64,000 nucleotides of DNA from Candidatus Altimarinota bacterium (GTDB taxonomy: Bacteria > Patescibacteriota > Gracilibacteria > CAIRYL01), in contig OZ252287.1 in the NCBI GenBank assembly GCA_965250085.1, positions 704,001 through 768,000 on the forward strand, in the 5' to 3' direction. Shown here one piece after another: positions 10,052 through 20,246 of this stretch. The position numbers were made by a program, and so were the translations under genes. The notes beneath the pieces were generated by a model. The model made no database searches. It worked only from the letters and a program-made list of their open reading frames with translations, and was not told the DNA's origin. The first letter of the stretch is position 1, and each line of letters opens with the position of its first letter.

Positions 10052-13000
10052 TTATAAAGCTTTTTCTTTAGCAGCGTCAGATATTTCTTTCTCCATAGTT
10101 TTGCCTCCCACGTCTCCTTCTCCATGAAGTTCTTCTTCAATTTCTTCTTCAGATTCAGAAACCAGAGTTGCCTCTTGAAGTTCACTCATCTTGTCGGATG
10201 CGGGAAGAATATCGGCGACATCTTGTTCAGGAGGCAGTTCTACATGTTCTACTTCCCTACCACTCTCTTCCATAAGGTCCACATAGATACAAAGTGCTTT
10301 CAGTTCATGTACTAAGACATTAAATGACTCTGGCGTGTTGGGTCTTCGGATGTCTTCTGCCTTTACTATACTTTCATATGCACGAGCACGACCAATGACA
10401 TCATCTGACTTGATCGTCAGCATTTCCTGTAAGGTGTGCGCTGCTCCATATGCCTCAAGTGCCCATACTTCCATTTCTCCAAAACGCTGTCCTCCATGCT
10501 GTGCTTTTCCTCCCAAGGGCTGTTGTGTCACAATAGAATATGGTCCCACTGATCTAGCATGCAGTTTATCTGCCACCAAGTGAGAAAGCTTAAGAATATA
10601 CGCCATTCCTACAGTTGTTTCATGAACAAATGGCTCTCCTGTTCTTCCATCGTAAAGTTGCACTTTTCCCGTTTCTGGCAAATTTGCTGTCTTGAGGAGT
10701 TCCACAATGCTTGCGGGTGGAATACCGTTAAGTACTGGGGTGGCAAATCTCAGCCCCAGTTCAGAAGCTGCCCATCCCAAATGCGTTTCCAGAATCTGAC
10801 CGATGTTCATGCGAGAGGTTACCCCAAGTGGATTCAAAATAATGTCCACAGGCGTTCCGTCTGGAAGAAATGGCATATCTTCCTGGGGAACAATTTTTGA
10901 AATAACTCCTTTATTTCCATGCCTCCCTGCTACTTTATCTCCTACTTGGATTTTTCTTGTTTTGGCGACAAATACCCTGACTTGTTTAATAACTCCCTGC
11001 GGAAGATCATCACCTCCATCACGAGAAAAAATTTGAATATCTACTATTTTTCCTCCTTCACCACCAGGAAGTCTGAGTGAAGTATCTTTTACGTCTTTTG
11101 CTTTTTCTCCAAAGATTGCCTGTAAAAGCCTTTCTTCTGGGTTAAGTTCTGTTTCTCCCTTAGGAGTAATTTTTCCTACGAGAATATCTCCTTCGTGCAC
11201 CATAGATCCTATTCGAATGATTCCATCTGTATCTAGATCTTTGAGCTTTACTTCTCCTACATTTGGAATATCCCTTGTGATCATTTCTGGTCCAAGCTTG
11301 GTATCTCTTACGTCAATGGTAAAGTTCTCGATATGAATCGAATCATATACTCCGTCTCTTACGAGGCGATCAGAAATTACTACTGCATCTTCAAAATTAT
11401 ATCCGCTCCAAGACATATAGGCCACAAGCAAATTCTTTCCGAGGGCTATTTCTCCCTTTTCCACCGCTGCTCCATTGGCCAGTACTTGGCTTTTTTCAAA
11501 TTTTTCTCCTTTATTCACTGCTGGGCGCATGTGAAAACACATCGCTTGATTTGAGCGCATAAAATTGGCAAGAGGGTAGGTGTGTTTTTTTCCATTTTCG
11601 TAAAGGACTGTGATTTCTGAAGCATCGAGATTTACCACCTTCCCCGCTTCTTCTGCAAAAATCGCTTGACCAGAGTATCTTGCGACGGTTTCTTCAAACC
11701 CTGTTCCCACCAATGGTGCCTCTGGCGAAACCAGTGGTACAGCTTGGCGCTGCATGTTGGATCCCATAGAAGCACGAGTATTGTCATCATGTTCGAGAAA
11801 AGGGATAAGGGCGGTGCTTTCAGAAATAATTTGTCGAGGCGAAACATCAATATGTGTAACTTCTGTAGTATGGACCATGACCGCTTCTCCATTCTTTCGT
11901 GCAGAAATTTGATCCTTCACAAACTGGCCTTTGTCATCCAAGAATGAATTTGCCTGTGCTGTCACAAGCCCTTTTTCTTCATCCGCATCATAGTATTTAA
12001 CGTCATCAGTAATATGGGCTCTTACCTGCACCTCTTTTCTCTTTTTATCTGCGCCAATTTTTTTTGTCATCTCCGAAGTAATTACACTCCCTTTTTTCCC
12101 AGCGCGAGCAATGCTTTCTTCCAAGATTCTCCCTAATAAGTGCTTTTGAGTATTTGGAACAGCATGAGCTACTGCACGAAAAGGGGTTTCTATGAATCCA
12201 TAGGAGTTCACCTTGGCATATGTTGCTAAATGTACCACCAATCCGATATTTGGCCCTTCTGGAGTAGAAATGGGGCAAATGCGGCCATAATGAGATGAAT
12301 GTACGTCGCGTACATCAAAGCTCGCTCGCTCTCGTGAAAGTCCTCCTGGTCCCATAGCAGAAAGTCTTCGCTTATGTGCGAGTTCTGCTAAAGGATTAGT
12401 TTGATCCATAAACTGCGAAAGTTGTGAACTGGCATAAAACTCTCTCATTGCTGCCGTAATAGGCCGAGAGTTAATGAGTTGTGTTGGAGTGACTGTTTCG
12501 AGGTCTACGACAGTCATTCGGTCTTTAGCAATACGATCTGTACGCATGAGACCGACACGAAACTTATTCTGTACCAGTTCGCCAACACTTCGTATTCGCC
12601 TATTGGAAAGATGATCAATATCATCTTCAAGTGGTGCTCCAATGTTGAGACCCACCAATTCACACAGAATACTGTAAAAATCTTCTGCCTGAAAAGTGCG
12701 ATGTTCGTAGTCGTTTGGAAAATCTGTGCCAAATCGTTTATTAAGTTTGTAACGGGCAATAGGTCCCATGTCGTATCGCTTAAAATCGAGGAACATGCCG
12801 TCTATAAGTGATTTTGCATTTGCTGCTGTTGCCAGATCTCCAGGACGAATTTTTCGATAAATAGCCTGATACGCTTCTGGTACTGCCTTTACACTGTCTT
12901 TCTCAAGTGTCTTTAGGATACCGTTTTCTTCAGGACGTTCTGTCAAATGACCAAATGCGGCCATGATCTTTTCATCTGTATCATATCCAAATATTCTGAG

Positions 13001-13645
13001 AAGTTGTGTAACCGGAATTTTTCTTTTTCGATCTATTTTAACCGTAATCATTCCTTTTTTATCTGTCTCAACCTCCAGCCAAACCCCTCTCTTTGGAATT
13101 ATTTTGGCATTGAATGATCCAGGAACTGTTGAATTTTTTGAAAAGAATGCTCCAGGAGATCGAACGAGTTGATTGACCACCACTCGCTCAATACCATTGA
13201 CTACGAAGGTTCCTCTTTGCGTCATAAGTGGGATAGCTCCGAGAAATACTTCCTGCTCTTTAATTTCTCCAGTTTCTTTATTGACCAACTTAACACGGAC
13301 TTTCAAATTTGATTCATACGATGCATTTTTTCGCTTCGCTTCAGCAGCTGTCAGTTTTGGCTTCTCAAAAGAATGCTTCAAAAAATAAAGCTCCATCTTT
13401 TTGCCAGAAAAGTCCGTGATGGGAGATACCTCATCTAGTAGCTCACGTATTCCCTCTTGCAAGAACCATTCATACGAATTGAGTTGTACTTCTATAAGAT
13501 TTGGGACAGAAAATCCATCTCCAGAATCCGTAAGAAAAAGGCGTCCATTTTGATTCTTAAGAACCTCAAATGGAAGCTTTGGAAGTGAAGGAGATGTCTT
13601 TTTAGAAGTTTTCTTTTTTGAAGAAGTTTTTTTGATCTTTGGCAT
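10052..13645 (-). CDS. rpoB: RNA polymerase beta subunit
   Basis: SQFMDQTNPLAEL, GDKVAGRHGNKG, GQRFGEMEVWALEAYGA. Confidence 0.99.
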   Translation of the reverse strand: MPKIKKTSSKKKTSKKTSPSLPKLPFEVLKNQNGRLFLTDSGDGFSVPNLIEVQLNSYEWFLQEGIRELLDEVSPITDFSGKKMELYFLKHSFEKPKLTAAEAKRKNASYESNLKVRVKLVNKETGEIKEQEVFLGAIPLMTQRGTFVVNGIERVVVNQLVRSPGAFFSKNSTVPGSFNAKIIPKRGVWLEVETDKKGMITVKIDRKRKIPVTQLLRIFGYDTDEKIMAAFGHLTERPEENGILKTLEKDSVKAVPEAYQAIYRKIRPGDLATAANAKSLIDGMFLDFKRYDMGPIARYKLNKRFGTDFPNDYEHRTFQAEDFYSILCELVGLNIGAPLEDDIDHLSNRRIRSVGELVQNKFRVGLMRTDRIAKDRMTVVDLETVTPTQLINSRPITAAMREFYASSQLSQFMDQTNPLAELAHKRRLSAMGPGGLSRERASFDVRDVHSSHYGRICPISTPEGPNIGLVVHLATYAKVNSYGFIETPFRAVAHAVPNTQKHLLGRILEESIARAGKKGSVITSEMTKKIGADKKRKEVQVRAHITDDVKYYDADEEKGLVTAQANSFLDDKGQFVKDQISARKNGEAVMVHTTEVTHIDVSPRQIISESTALIPFLEHDDNTRASMGSNMQRQAVPLVSPEAPLVGTGFEETVARYSGQAIFAEEAGKVVNLDASEITVLYENGKKHTYPLANFMRSNQAMCFHMRPAVNKGEKFEKSQVLANGAAVEKGEIALGKNLLVAYMSWSGYNFEDAVVISDRLVRDGVYDSIHIENFTIDVRDTKLGPEMITRDIPNVGEVKLKDLDTDGIIRIGSMVHEGDILVGKITPKGETELNPEERLLQAIFGEKAKDVKDTSLRLPGGEGGKIVDIQIFSRDGGDDLPQGVIKQVRVFVAKTRKIQVGDKVAGRHGNKGVISKIVPQEDMPFLPDGTPVDIILNPLGVTSRMNIGQILETHLGWAASELGLRFATPVLNGIPPASIVELLKTANLPETGKVQLYDGRTGEPFVHETTVGMAYILKLSHLVADKLHARSVGPYSIVTQQPLGGKAQHGGQRFGEMEVWALEAYGAAHTLQEMLTIKSDDVIGRARAYESIVKAEDIRRPNTPESFNVLVHELKALCIYVDLMEESGREVEHVELPPEQDVADILPASDKMSELQEATLVSESEEEIEEELHGEGDVGGKTMEKEISDAAKEKAL

Positions 13646-13886
13646 ACAAAAACAGACGAAAGAGGTTCAAAGAAGCCATTCCTATATTTGGAATTTTTGC
13701 TTTTTTGTGCCCAAGCTCAGAACTCACGATTTTCTCTGGGTTCAAAAATGTCTCGAGGATTATACCGAAAAGAAAGTCCATTGCAAGAGAATATTTAGAA
13801 AAATGTAAGATTGTCTTTTTGGGAAAACAATATGGAAAAAAGCTGTATTTTCTGCTATAATGATAAGATGTTTTGATCAATCATTC

Positions 13887-14591
13887 ATGCAAAAAATCCC
13901 TTTTACGCAAAAGGCTATAGAACTCAGTAGTACGTTTTTTAATTCTAGTACTCAGAATTTTGGACAAATTTTGCAAGTGCTTGGCAATGTACTGATTGCT
14001 GTGGGAATTGTTCTTCTCGGATGGATGCTTGGAAAATATGCAGAAAAGTTGTTTCGCAGGCTGGAAAAGAAACTCAAAGTAGCAAAACTGTATCAAAAAA
14101 TAGGACTGACTCACCTTTTACAAAAAGCAAATATCAAAGCTTCTGCAGGTGAGATTATTGGAAAACTAGCAAAAGGATACATAATTACCATTTTTGTCAT
14201 TACCGCTGCAAACGTTTTAGGATTTACGCAGGTTTCTGAGTTTCTCGACAGTGTTATTGCCTATATCCCTAATGTTCTTATCGCACTCGTTATTATTTTG
14301 CTCGGCATGAGAATTGCTGATACGAGTAGTGCTATTTTAGAAAATACTCTCAAATTGGCCCACTCGGGTGCTGCAAAAACTCTTGCTCTGAGTGCAAAAT
14401 ATATCATCATTACCTTTGCTATTCTTGGAGCACTTTTTGAACTCAAAATTGCAGAAGACCTTGTTCGCATTCTTTTTACAGGATTCATTGCCATGATTGT
14501 CCTTGCTGGAGGACTTGCTTTTGGGCTTGGGGGAAAGGAAGTGGTAAGAGAGTTTTTGGATGACATGAAACGTGCACATCCAAAGAAATAG
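13887..14591 (+). CDS. Small-conductance mechanosensitive channel-related membrane protein (TM_helix repeat/CmpX type)
   Basis: Several TM helices; YIPNVLIALVII; C-terminal GGLAFGLGGKE signature. Confidence 0.8.
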   Translation: MQKIPFTQKAIELSSTFFNSSTQNFGQILQVLGNVLIAVGIVLLGWMLGKYAEKLFRRLEKKLKVAKLYQKIGLTHLLQKANIKASAGEIIGKLAKGYIITIFVITAANVLGFTQVSEFLDSVIAYIPNVLIALVIILLGMRIADTSSAILENTLKLAHSGAAKTLALSAKYIIITFAILGALFELKIAEDLVRILFTGFIAMIVLAGGLAFGLGGKEVVREFLDDMKRAHPKK

Positions 14592-14628
14592 TTCCTATTT
14601 TTACATACATCAAAGATCCTTGTGTGTA

Positions 14629-15447
14629 TTATCTTCTTTTTGAAGAATGAGGTGTCCTTTGTGACTTATTGCGAGTAAGAAGTGTTTTTTGTAGTTTGTT
14701 TCGAGTAACTTTAGAATTATTCCTTGGGAGTGAAACATGTCCCCAGAGGGCCACTTGATCGCCATTCAGATCATCACCGTACCGAATTTCTGCATTGAGA
14801 CCAAACCTTTCATTTCCTACTGAAGCTCTGAAAGAAAGGTGTCCTTCAAAACTTTTCCGAACTATGATTCGTGTCGGATACAGGCTGTGAGAGGCAAATG
14901 TATTTCCAATGCCAGCAGAGGTCTCTGAGAGATGAAAAGAAAGTTCATTATCCCACCTTTCTTCTCCTTCTTGTAACGATTTTTTTTCTTGTCTTCTCTC
15001 TTGATAAGAGTCAAAAAATCCAGAAAACAGATCGTTATCAATTTTATCTCGAATAAGTTTTTCAAAGGCGTCTGCATATGCCTCTCTCACCTCTTCATAA
15101 CCCGGCAGGGTTGTAATGTCATTTCCAAATGCGAATGCTCTGTCATATTCAGATCTTGCAAAGAGAAGGTCCCTTTCTTTCCTTCCTTCCAGTGCATCTT
15201 CATCAAAAATATTCTCTTCTCTCTCTATCTGAAGTGAATATGGAGGTGTTTCAGTTGCAAGAGATTCTTGAAATTCCAATCGCATGTCACTGATTGCTTG
15301 TCTCACGGCTAAAAAGATTGGCTGGGAATCAGGCGACTTGATTTCTTGCTCCTGTGCAAGTGCCTCTGTCCCGCCCATCTTCAAAAGAATTGCAAGCGCC
15401 ATGGCTGTCCTACTGGGCAATCTTTGATTTTTTGAAGAGCCTTTCAT
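14629..15447 (-). CDS. Hypothetical protein with a possible signal peptide
   Basis: 272-aa ORF filling the gap between genes; N-terminal AMALAILL...ALA|QE. Confidence 0.6.
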   Translation of the reverse strand: MKGSSKNQRLPSRTAMALAILLKMGGTEALAQEQEIKSPDSQPIFLAVRQAISDMRLEFQESLATETPPYSLQIEREENIFDEDALEGRKERDLLFARSEYDRAFAFGNDITTLPGYEEVREAYADAFEKLIRDKIDNDLFSGFFDSYQERRQEKKSLQEGEERWDNELSFHLSETSAGIGNTFASHSLYPTRIIVRKSFEGHLSFRASVGNERFGLNAEIRYGDDLNGDQVALWGHVSLPRNNSKVTRNKLQKTLLTRNKSQRTPHSSKRR

Positions 15448-15541
15448 GAACTCAAAAAATATTCAAGAACTAAAAAATTGTTCACAATAAGGATACACCT
15501 CGTAGACATATTTGCAAGTTTTTTTGAGCAGGGAAGAAGCC

Positions 15542-15563
15542 GATCTTCTTATGAAAGAAGATC
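15542..15563 (-). terminator. Hairpin downstream of rplT, possible terminator
   Basis: gatcttctt-atga-aagaagatc, a 9-bp perfect stem about 20 nt after the rplT stop; the U-tract is weak. Confidence 0.4.
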
Positions 15564-15584
15564 TCTTGATTTTCAATTCCTCTA

Positions 15585-15929
15585 TTACTTCATCACTTTC
15601 TCCACTACTGTCTTGAATATTTCTGGATGTTCTACTGCGAGATTTGAAAGCACCTTACGATTAAGAATAATCATGTTGCTTGTAAGCCCATGCTGAAAGC
15701 GAGAATAATTATATCCTTGCTCTTTGAGTGCAGCAGAGATACGAGTAATCCAAAGCTTTCTAAAATCTCTTTTTTTTGTTCTGCGATGAGCATATGCGTG
15801 TTGCCCTGCCTTCATAACTGCATTCTTTGCGAGTCGAAAGAGCTTGGATCTTCCCCATCGATATCCTTTTGCCATTTTTAATATTTTTTTGTGGCGCCTG
15901 CGCGTCGCTGGACTGTTCGTAACTCTCAT
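15585..15929 (-). CDS. rplT: 50S ribosomal protein L20
   Basis: MRV...RRRHKKILKMAKGY.., RDFRKLWITRISAA, LNRKVLS; the true start is ATG 15929 inside the longer ORF. Confidence 0.97.
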   Translation of the reverse strand: MRVTNSPATRRRHKKILKMAKGYRWGRSKLFRLAKNAVMKAGQHAYAHRRTKKRDFRKLWITRISAALKEQGYNYSRFQHGLTSNMIILNRKVLSNLAVEHPEIFKTVVEKVMK

Positions 15930-15948
15930 GAGCGATAAATATGAAAAA

Positions 15949-16167
15949 TTAGAATGAAGGAAGAAGTTTTTTGACTGCTTTTTTGTTTGATGCACCCAAA
16001 ACATGTGGCTTGTCTGCCAATTTCTTCTGACGTTTTGATTTTTGCAAAAGAAGATGATTTCTTCCTGGTTTTTGAATTTTCCATTTTCCACTTCCAGTGC
16101 GAGCTATTCTTTTTTTTGCTGCAGATTTATTCTTTTGCTTGCCGATTTTACCAATTTTGCCTGCCAT
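15949..16167 (-). CDS. rpmI: 50S ribosomal protein L35
   Basis: KNKSAAKKRI..TGSGK, HLLLQKS; lies between infC and rplT. Confidence 0.93.
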   Translation of the reverse strand: MAGKIGKIGKQKNKSAAKKRIARTGSGKWKIQKPGRNHLLLQKSKRQKKLADKPHVLGASNKKAVKKLLPSF

Positions 16168-16262
16168 AGGAGGAATACAAATGAGAAATAATAAATACAG
16201 ATGGCTACTAATTTTTGATCTTTAATAAATGGTGAATGACTCACTATGGAGCAGATCGAGTA

Positions 16263-16796
16263 TTACGAATTCTTTTTTTGATTTGGAAGCGTTCGAAATT
16301 CTACAATAATACTTCTTCCCTGTTTTTTTGGCTCCTGTTCTACTTTAGCAATTTCTATCAAGCTTTCTCTCATTTGGTCTATTCGCTTGAGACCTATCTC
16401 TGGATGAGACGCCTCTCTTCCTCGAAACTGCAAAATAACCTTTACCGGATGTCCTTTGGAAAGAAATTCTTCTGCTCTTCGCGTTCGAACTTCAAAATCA
16501 TGGTCAGAGATGCGAATGCCAAAGCGAATTTCTTTTGTCTCCTGCGCTTTTGAAAGTCTCTTTTGTTTTTTTTCTGCCTTCTTTTGGTGATACAAATAGT
16601 TCCCAAAGTCCATTATTTTGCATACTGGTGGCTGCGCCTTGGGGGAAACCTCTACAAGATCTAATTCTTGCTCCCCAGCTCTTTTCATTGCCTCAGCAAG
16701 AGACATTACACCCAGTTGTTCATCATTCTCAGCAATAACACGTATCTCTTGTGCGGTAATTCCAGTATTTTTCCGCGGGATTTTTTTCGAAGACAC
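16263..16796 (-). CDS. infC: Translation initiation factor IF-3
   Basis: LDLVEVSP.AQPPVCKIMDFG, KEIRF, FRGRE. Start is uncertain (GTG 16796 or a nearby ATC); no ATG at the expected position. Confidence 0.96.
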   Translation of the reverse strand: MSSKKIPRKNTGITAQEIRVIAENDEQLGVMSLAEAMKRAGEQELDLVEVSPKAQPPVCKIMDFGNYLYHQKKAEKKQKRLSKAQETKEIRFGIRISDHDFEVRTRRAEEFLSKGHPVKVILQFRGREASHPEIGLKRIDQMRESLIEIAKVEQEPKKQGRSIIVEFRTLPNQKKNS

Positions 16797-16838
16797 AAGA
16801 AAGGAAAAGGCAAAAATTCTAAAGCGTGCGGGGAGTGT

Positions 16839-16876
16839 AGGCAAAAAACGAACTGAAGTCAATTCGTTTTTTGCCT
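16839..16876. terminator. Strong hairpin between the DoxX gene and infC (terminator or attenuator)
   Basis: aggcaaaaaacgaa...ttcgttttttgcct: 14-bp perfect inverted repeat that includes A/T tracts. Confidence 0.6.
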
Positions 16877-16911
16877 CACGAAGTTACGATTTATACGATA
16901 TTATTTCGACT

Positions 16912-17322
16912 CTATTTGTCCTGTTTTACACAACAGCAACCAGGCATCGTAAGTGCCAAAGCAATCACTATCAGATAGAGAAAGTGATCTGCCATGGCTC
17001 CCATGTTTCCTTGGAGCAACTGTCCAAGTATGAAAATTAGGAAAAGGACGCCGGTGCAAAAGAGGCCGAGCACTCGCTTGTATCCTGAGAGAAGCCATAC
17101 ACCAAGAGCAACCTCGATGAATGGTACAAGATACAGAAATGCCTCTGCCAAGCCTACTGGAAGCATTGTTTCTGCAAATGGAGCGGACATGGCGCCGGCA
17201 AAGCCAGCAACACCTCCTTCGCTCATAAGCTTACCAATTCCAGCAAGAAGCATAAAAATCCCCATTCCAACACGAAGGAGGGTTTCTCCTTTTGCCGGCA
17301 TGGCTTCAGACATATGTTTCAT
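16912..17322 (-). CDS. DoxX family membrane protein
   Basis: LLRVGMGIFMLLAGIGKL and PFIEVALGVWLLSG; four TM helices. Confidence 0.85.
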   Translation of the reverse strand: MKHMSEAMPAKGETLLRVGMGIFMLLAGIGKLMSEGGVAGFAGAMSAPFAETMLPVGLAEAFLYLVPFIEVALGVWLLSGYKRVLGLFCTGVLFLIFILGQLLQGNMGAMADHFLYLIVIALALTMPGCCCVKQDK

Positions 17323-17461
17323 ATAAAAAGGGGAAAAAGATAAAGAAAGAATAAAAAAGTTGTTCATATAATAGCTGAGCCCGCTACGTAGTCAACTTTT
17401 TTTAGATTTTTGAAAGAGAAATATGTTGAAATATTTTAAAAAAATAGTAAAGTATATATTG

Positions 17462-18919
17462 TTATTTTTCTTTTTTTTGTGAGAAGTAATACCACGCTAT
17501 ACCCAGTATCCCATACCATATTCCCAAGCCAATACCCTCTGTTGAAAGCGGCGTGTCTGCAAAAGGAATTTGAGAAAACACATGAGTTATAAATAGTGCA
17601 AAATGAAGAATTCCATATGCCAAAAACCCTGAGAAGAAGTGAAATCCTGGGAAAAAAGTAAAGAACGAAAAAAACATCGCCAGGGGAACCAGTGGTGCTA
17701 CCAAGAGATTGGCAACAGGAGAAACAAGTGAAATGCGACCAAAATAAAGGGCTACTAGTGGGAGTGCCATAATTTGGGCTGCGAGAGTTGTCTGTAGTGC
17801 ATCTCGAAATCCAAAAGCAGTAGGAATAGAGACAAATACTTTTTGCCAAAGTGGTGTAAAAAGAATAAGGCCTATGACCGCCGCAACAGAAAGTTGAAAG
17901 GAAATATCTGAATACAATAAAAAAGGATTGAAGCTGACAATAAGTACTATGCTCCATAAGAGAACATAAAGTGGCGTTCCGTAATATCCAAAGTGAAGTA
18001 TAAATAATGCGAGTGATCCCATGACAGCTGCTCGTACCACCGAAGCAGAAGCTCCTGTAAGAAGGACAAAAGCGCAAACAAAACTAAGTGTCAGAAAGAG
18101 ATTTGTTTTGCGCGGCAAAAACTGAAACATCCAAAATACGAAAAGAATGAGAATTGTTATGTTGAATCCTGAGAGAGCCAGGAGATGAGAAAGTCCTGTG
18201 ATTCGAAATTCTTCTACAATATCTGTTGGGAATCCCTTGTCACCCCCAAAAAGAATACCTACCGCAAAACTTGCTTCTGGCTCTGGAATATGGAGACGAA
18301 GTAGTGTCTCAGCCTTAGCGCGAAGATGAAAAAGTGTGGAAAAAAATGTGATTTTTGTGTTCTTCTCAATCAACTCTGCCTCTGCCCATGGAATATAGGC
18401 ATATATGCCTTCTTTTTCTAAATATCTTCGATATGAAAAATCTTCCCATTCTGGAGGAAGAGTAAGCTTTCCTCGAATGCGAAGAGTGTCTCCATATAAA
18501 AATTGTGGATACAGTGGAAGATTCAGGAGGATCGTTCCGACAACATTTATTTCTTGCTGGTCTTCTGCAAACTGCAAACTCTTTACCTCAAAACGTACTT
18601 GTACTTTTTTAAGACTTCCGTCTGGAAAAGAAGATATTTTTCCTGTCATGAGAACTCTTGGAGCCAACTCTTTTTCTTCAGCATAAAATGCTACTTCAGA
18701 AGGATCTGGCGTATGTATCGCTAGCAAGATGCGAAGCATGCCGAGTAAAAAACATCCATTCCAAAGAAAAAAAATCCGGAGTGAAACCTTGGGGAGAAAA
18801 AGAAATATACAGAGAAAAAAAGGAAGGAGAAGAGTGGCATCATTTCGCGTGCTGTCCAAAAGAAAAATTCCGAGAAGAAAAGAAAGAAAGGCGCCAGAAA
18901 TAATATATTTGCGTTTCAT
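17462..18919 (-). CDS. comEC: Competence protein ComEC/Rec2 (DUF4131 plus Competence domain, no MBL domain)
   Basis: GLSHLLALSGFN, SASVVRAAVM, DISFQLS, ANLL. Confidence 0.93.
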   Translation of the reverse strand: MKRKYIISGAFLSFLLGIFLLDSTRNDATLLLPFFLCIFLFLPKVSLRIFFLWNGCFLLGMLRILLAIHTPDPSEVAFYAEEKELAPRVLMTGKISSFPDGSLKKVQVRFEVKSLQFAEDQQEINVVGTILLNLPLYPQFLYGDTLRIRGKLTLPPEWEDFSYRRYLEKEGIYAYIPWAEAELIEKNTKITFFSTLFHLRAKAETLLRLHIPEPEASFAVGILFGGDKGFPTDIVEEFRITGLSHLLALSGFNITILILFVFWMFQFLPRKTNLFLTLSFVCAFVLLTGASASVVRAAVMGSLALFILHFGYYGTPLYVLLWSIVLIVSFNPFLLYSDISFQLSVAAVIGLILFTPLWQKVFVSIPTAFGFRDALQTTLAAQIMALPLVALYFGRISLVSPVANLLVAPLVPLAMFFSFFTFFPGFHFFSGFLAYGILHFALFITHVFSQIPFADTPLSTEGIGLGIWYGILGIAWYYFSQKKEK

Positions 18920-19055
18920 GAGGATTCATTGTTCAAAAGCTGGTGAAAAAGAGCAATATTTAAAGAAATATTAAGTCCAGAGGTGAAATCCGATATGATA
19001 TGATCCTTCTCACAAAAATATTTGATTTTCAACCTGCCACCTTTTACTCGATTCT

Positions 19056-20231
19056 ATGAAGAGGATCTATCTCGATCACGCGGCTACTACTCGCCTCAAT
19101 GAAGAAGCTTTAAAGGCGATGGAGCCGTATCTGACAGAGAATTTTGGGAATGCTTCTGCTGTGTATAGAGAAGGGCAGAAAGGAAGAGAAGCTATTGATG
19201 ATGCGCGTCATGAGATTTCAAAAATCTTGGAGTGCAGCTTAGAAGAGATTGTATTTGTCAGTTCAGCAACTGAAGGAAACAATTTTGCGGTCAAAGGAAT
19301 TCTCCAGGCATGGAGAAAGAAACATCAAAAAAAGCCCCATTTTATTACAAGCCCCATAGAACACTCTTCAGTACTGAGAGTGGCAGAATATCTGGAGGAG
19401 GAAGCATTGGCGGAAGTGACATATTTGCCAGTTGATAATGAGGGGCGTATAGACCCTGATGACTTGAGAAAAAGTATTCAGGAAAATACTGCACTTGTTT
19501 CTATCCATTATGTGAACAATGAAATTGGAGTTATCGAACCCGTTCCAAGACTTGGAAAAATTTGCGAAAAACACGATATCCCATTTCATGTAGACGCCGT
19601 GCAGGCTGCTGGAATACTTCCTCTTTCCGTACAACGCCTCCATTGCAATCTTCTCACTCTTTCGGCTCACAAATTTTATGGACCCAAGGGCATTGGACTT
19701 CTCTATGTGAGACGCGGAACAGAAATGGCTTCGCAAATGCATGGGGGCGGACAGGAGCGCAAGTACAGAAGCGGTACGGAAAATGTGGCAGGCATCGCCG
19801 GTATGGCAAAAGCACTACAGATTGCAGAAGAAAAACGGGAAAAAGAATCTGTGAGATTGAGAGAATTACAGGAGTTCGGTTTGAAACTCATGCAAAAAGA
19901 ATTTTCTGAGATAAAACTCAATGGTCCGGAGCTGGGGGATAAACGCACTCCAACCAATCTCCATTTTGGCTTTGGAGAACTGGATGGAGAAAGCTTGCTG
20001 ATTCGCTTAGACCTCGAAGGCCTTGCTTGTTCGCTGGGCTCTGCATGCTCTTCAGGCATGCTAGATCCTTCTCATGTGCTCAAAGCTATTGGTGTCTCAT
20101 CAGAAGAAGCCCGCAGTGGACTGAGGCTCACGACGGGGCGAAGTACAAAAAAATCAGATTTTGAGAAAGTAATTCCGATGATTGTGAAAACAGTGAAGCA
20201 ATTACAAAATGAACAAGAGTTCTTGACATAG
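19056..20231 (+). CDS. iscS: Cysteine desulfurase, IscS/NifS family
   Basis: YLDHAATT, HVDAVQ, SAHKFYGPKG, RSGTEN, GSACSS. Confidence 0.95.
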   Translation: MKRIYLDHAATTRLNEEALKAMEPYLTENFGNASAVYREGQKGREAIDDARHEISKILECSLEEIVFVSSATEGNNFAVKGILQAWRKKHQKKPHFITSPIEHSSVLRVAEYLEEEALAEVTYLPVDNEGRIDPDDLRKSIQENTALVSIHYVNNEIGVIEPVPRLGKICEKHDIPFHVDAVQAAGILPLSVQRLHCNLLTLSAHKFYGPKGIGLLYVRRGTEMASQMHGGGQERKYRSGTENVAGIAGMAKALQIAEEKREKESVRLRELQEFGLKLMQKEFSEIKLNGPELGDKRTPTNLHFGFGELDGESLLIRLDLEGLACSLGSACSSGMLDPSHVLKAIGVSSEEARSGLRLTTGRSTKKSDFEKVIPMIVKTVKQLQNEQEFLT

Positions 20232-20246
20232 CATCATAAAAATGTA

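Noticed and set aside
15930-16091. N-terminal extension of L20 in the 168-aa ORF
   Set aside because: It overlaps rpmI in another frame; L20 similarity starts at ATG 15929.
17436-18077. 213-aa ORF overlapping comEC, and the many other short antisense or overlapping ORFs in the track
   Set aside because: These are shadow frames of well-supported genes, with no motifs and atypical composition.
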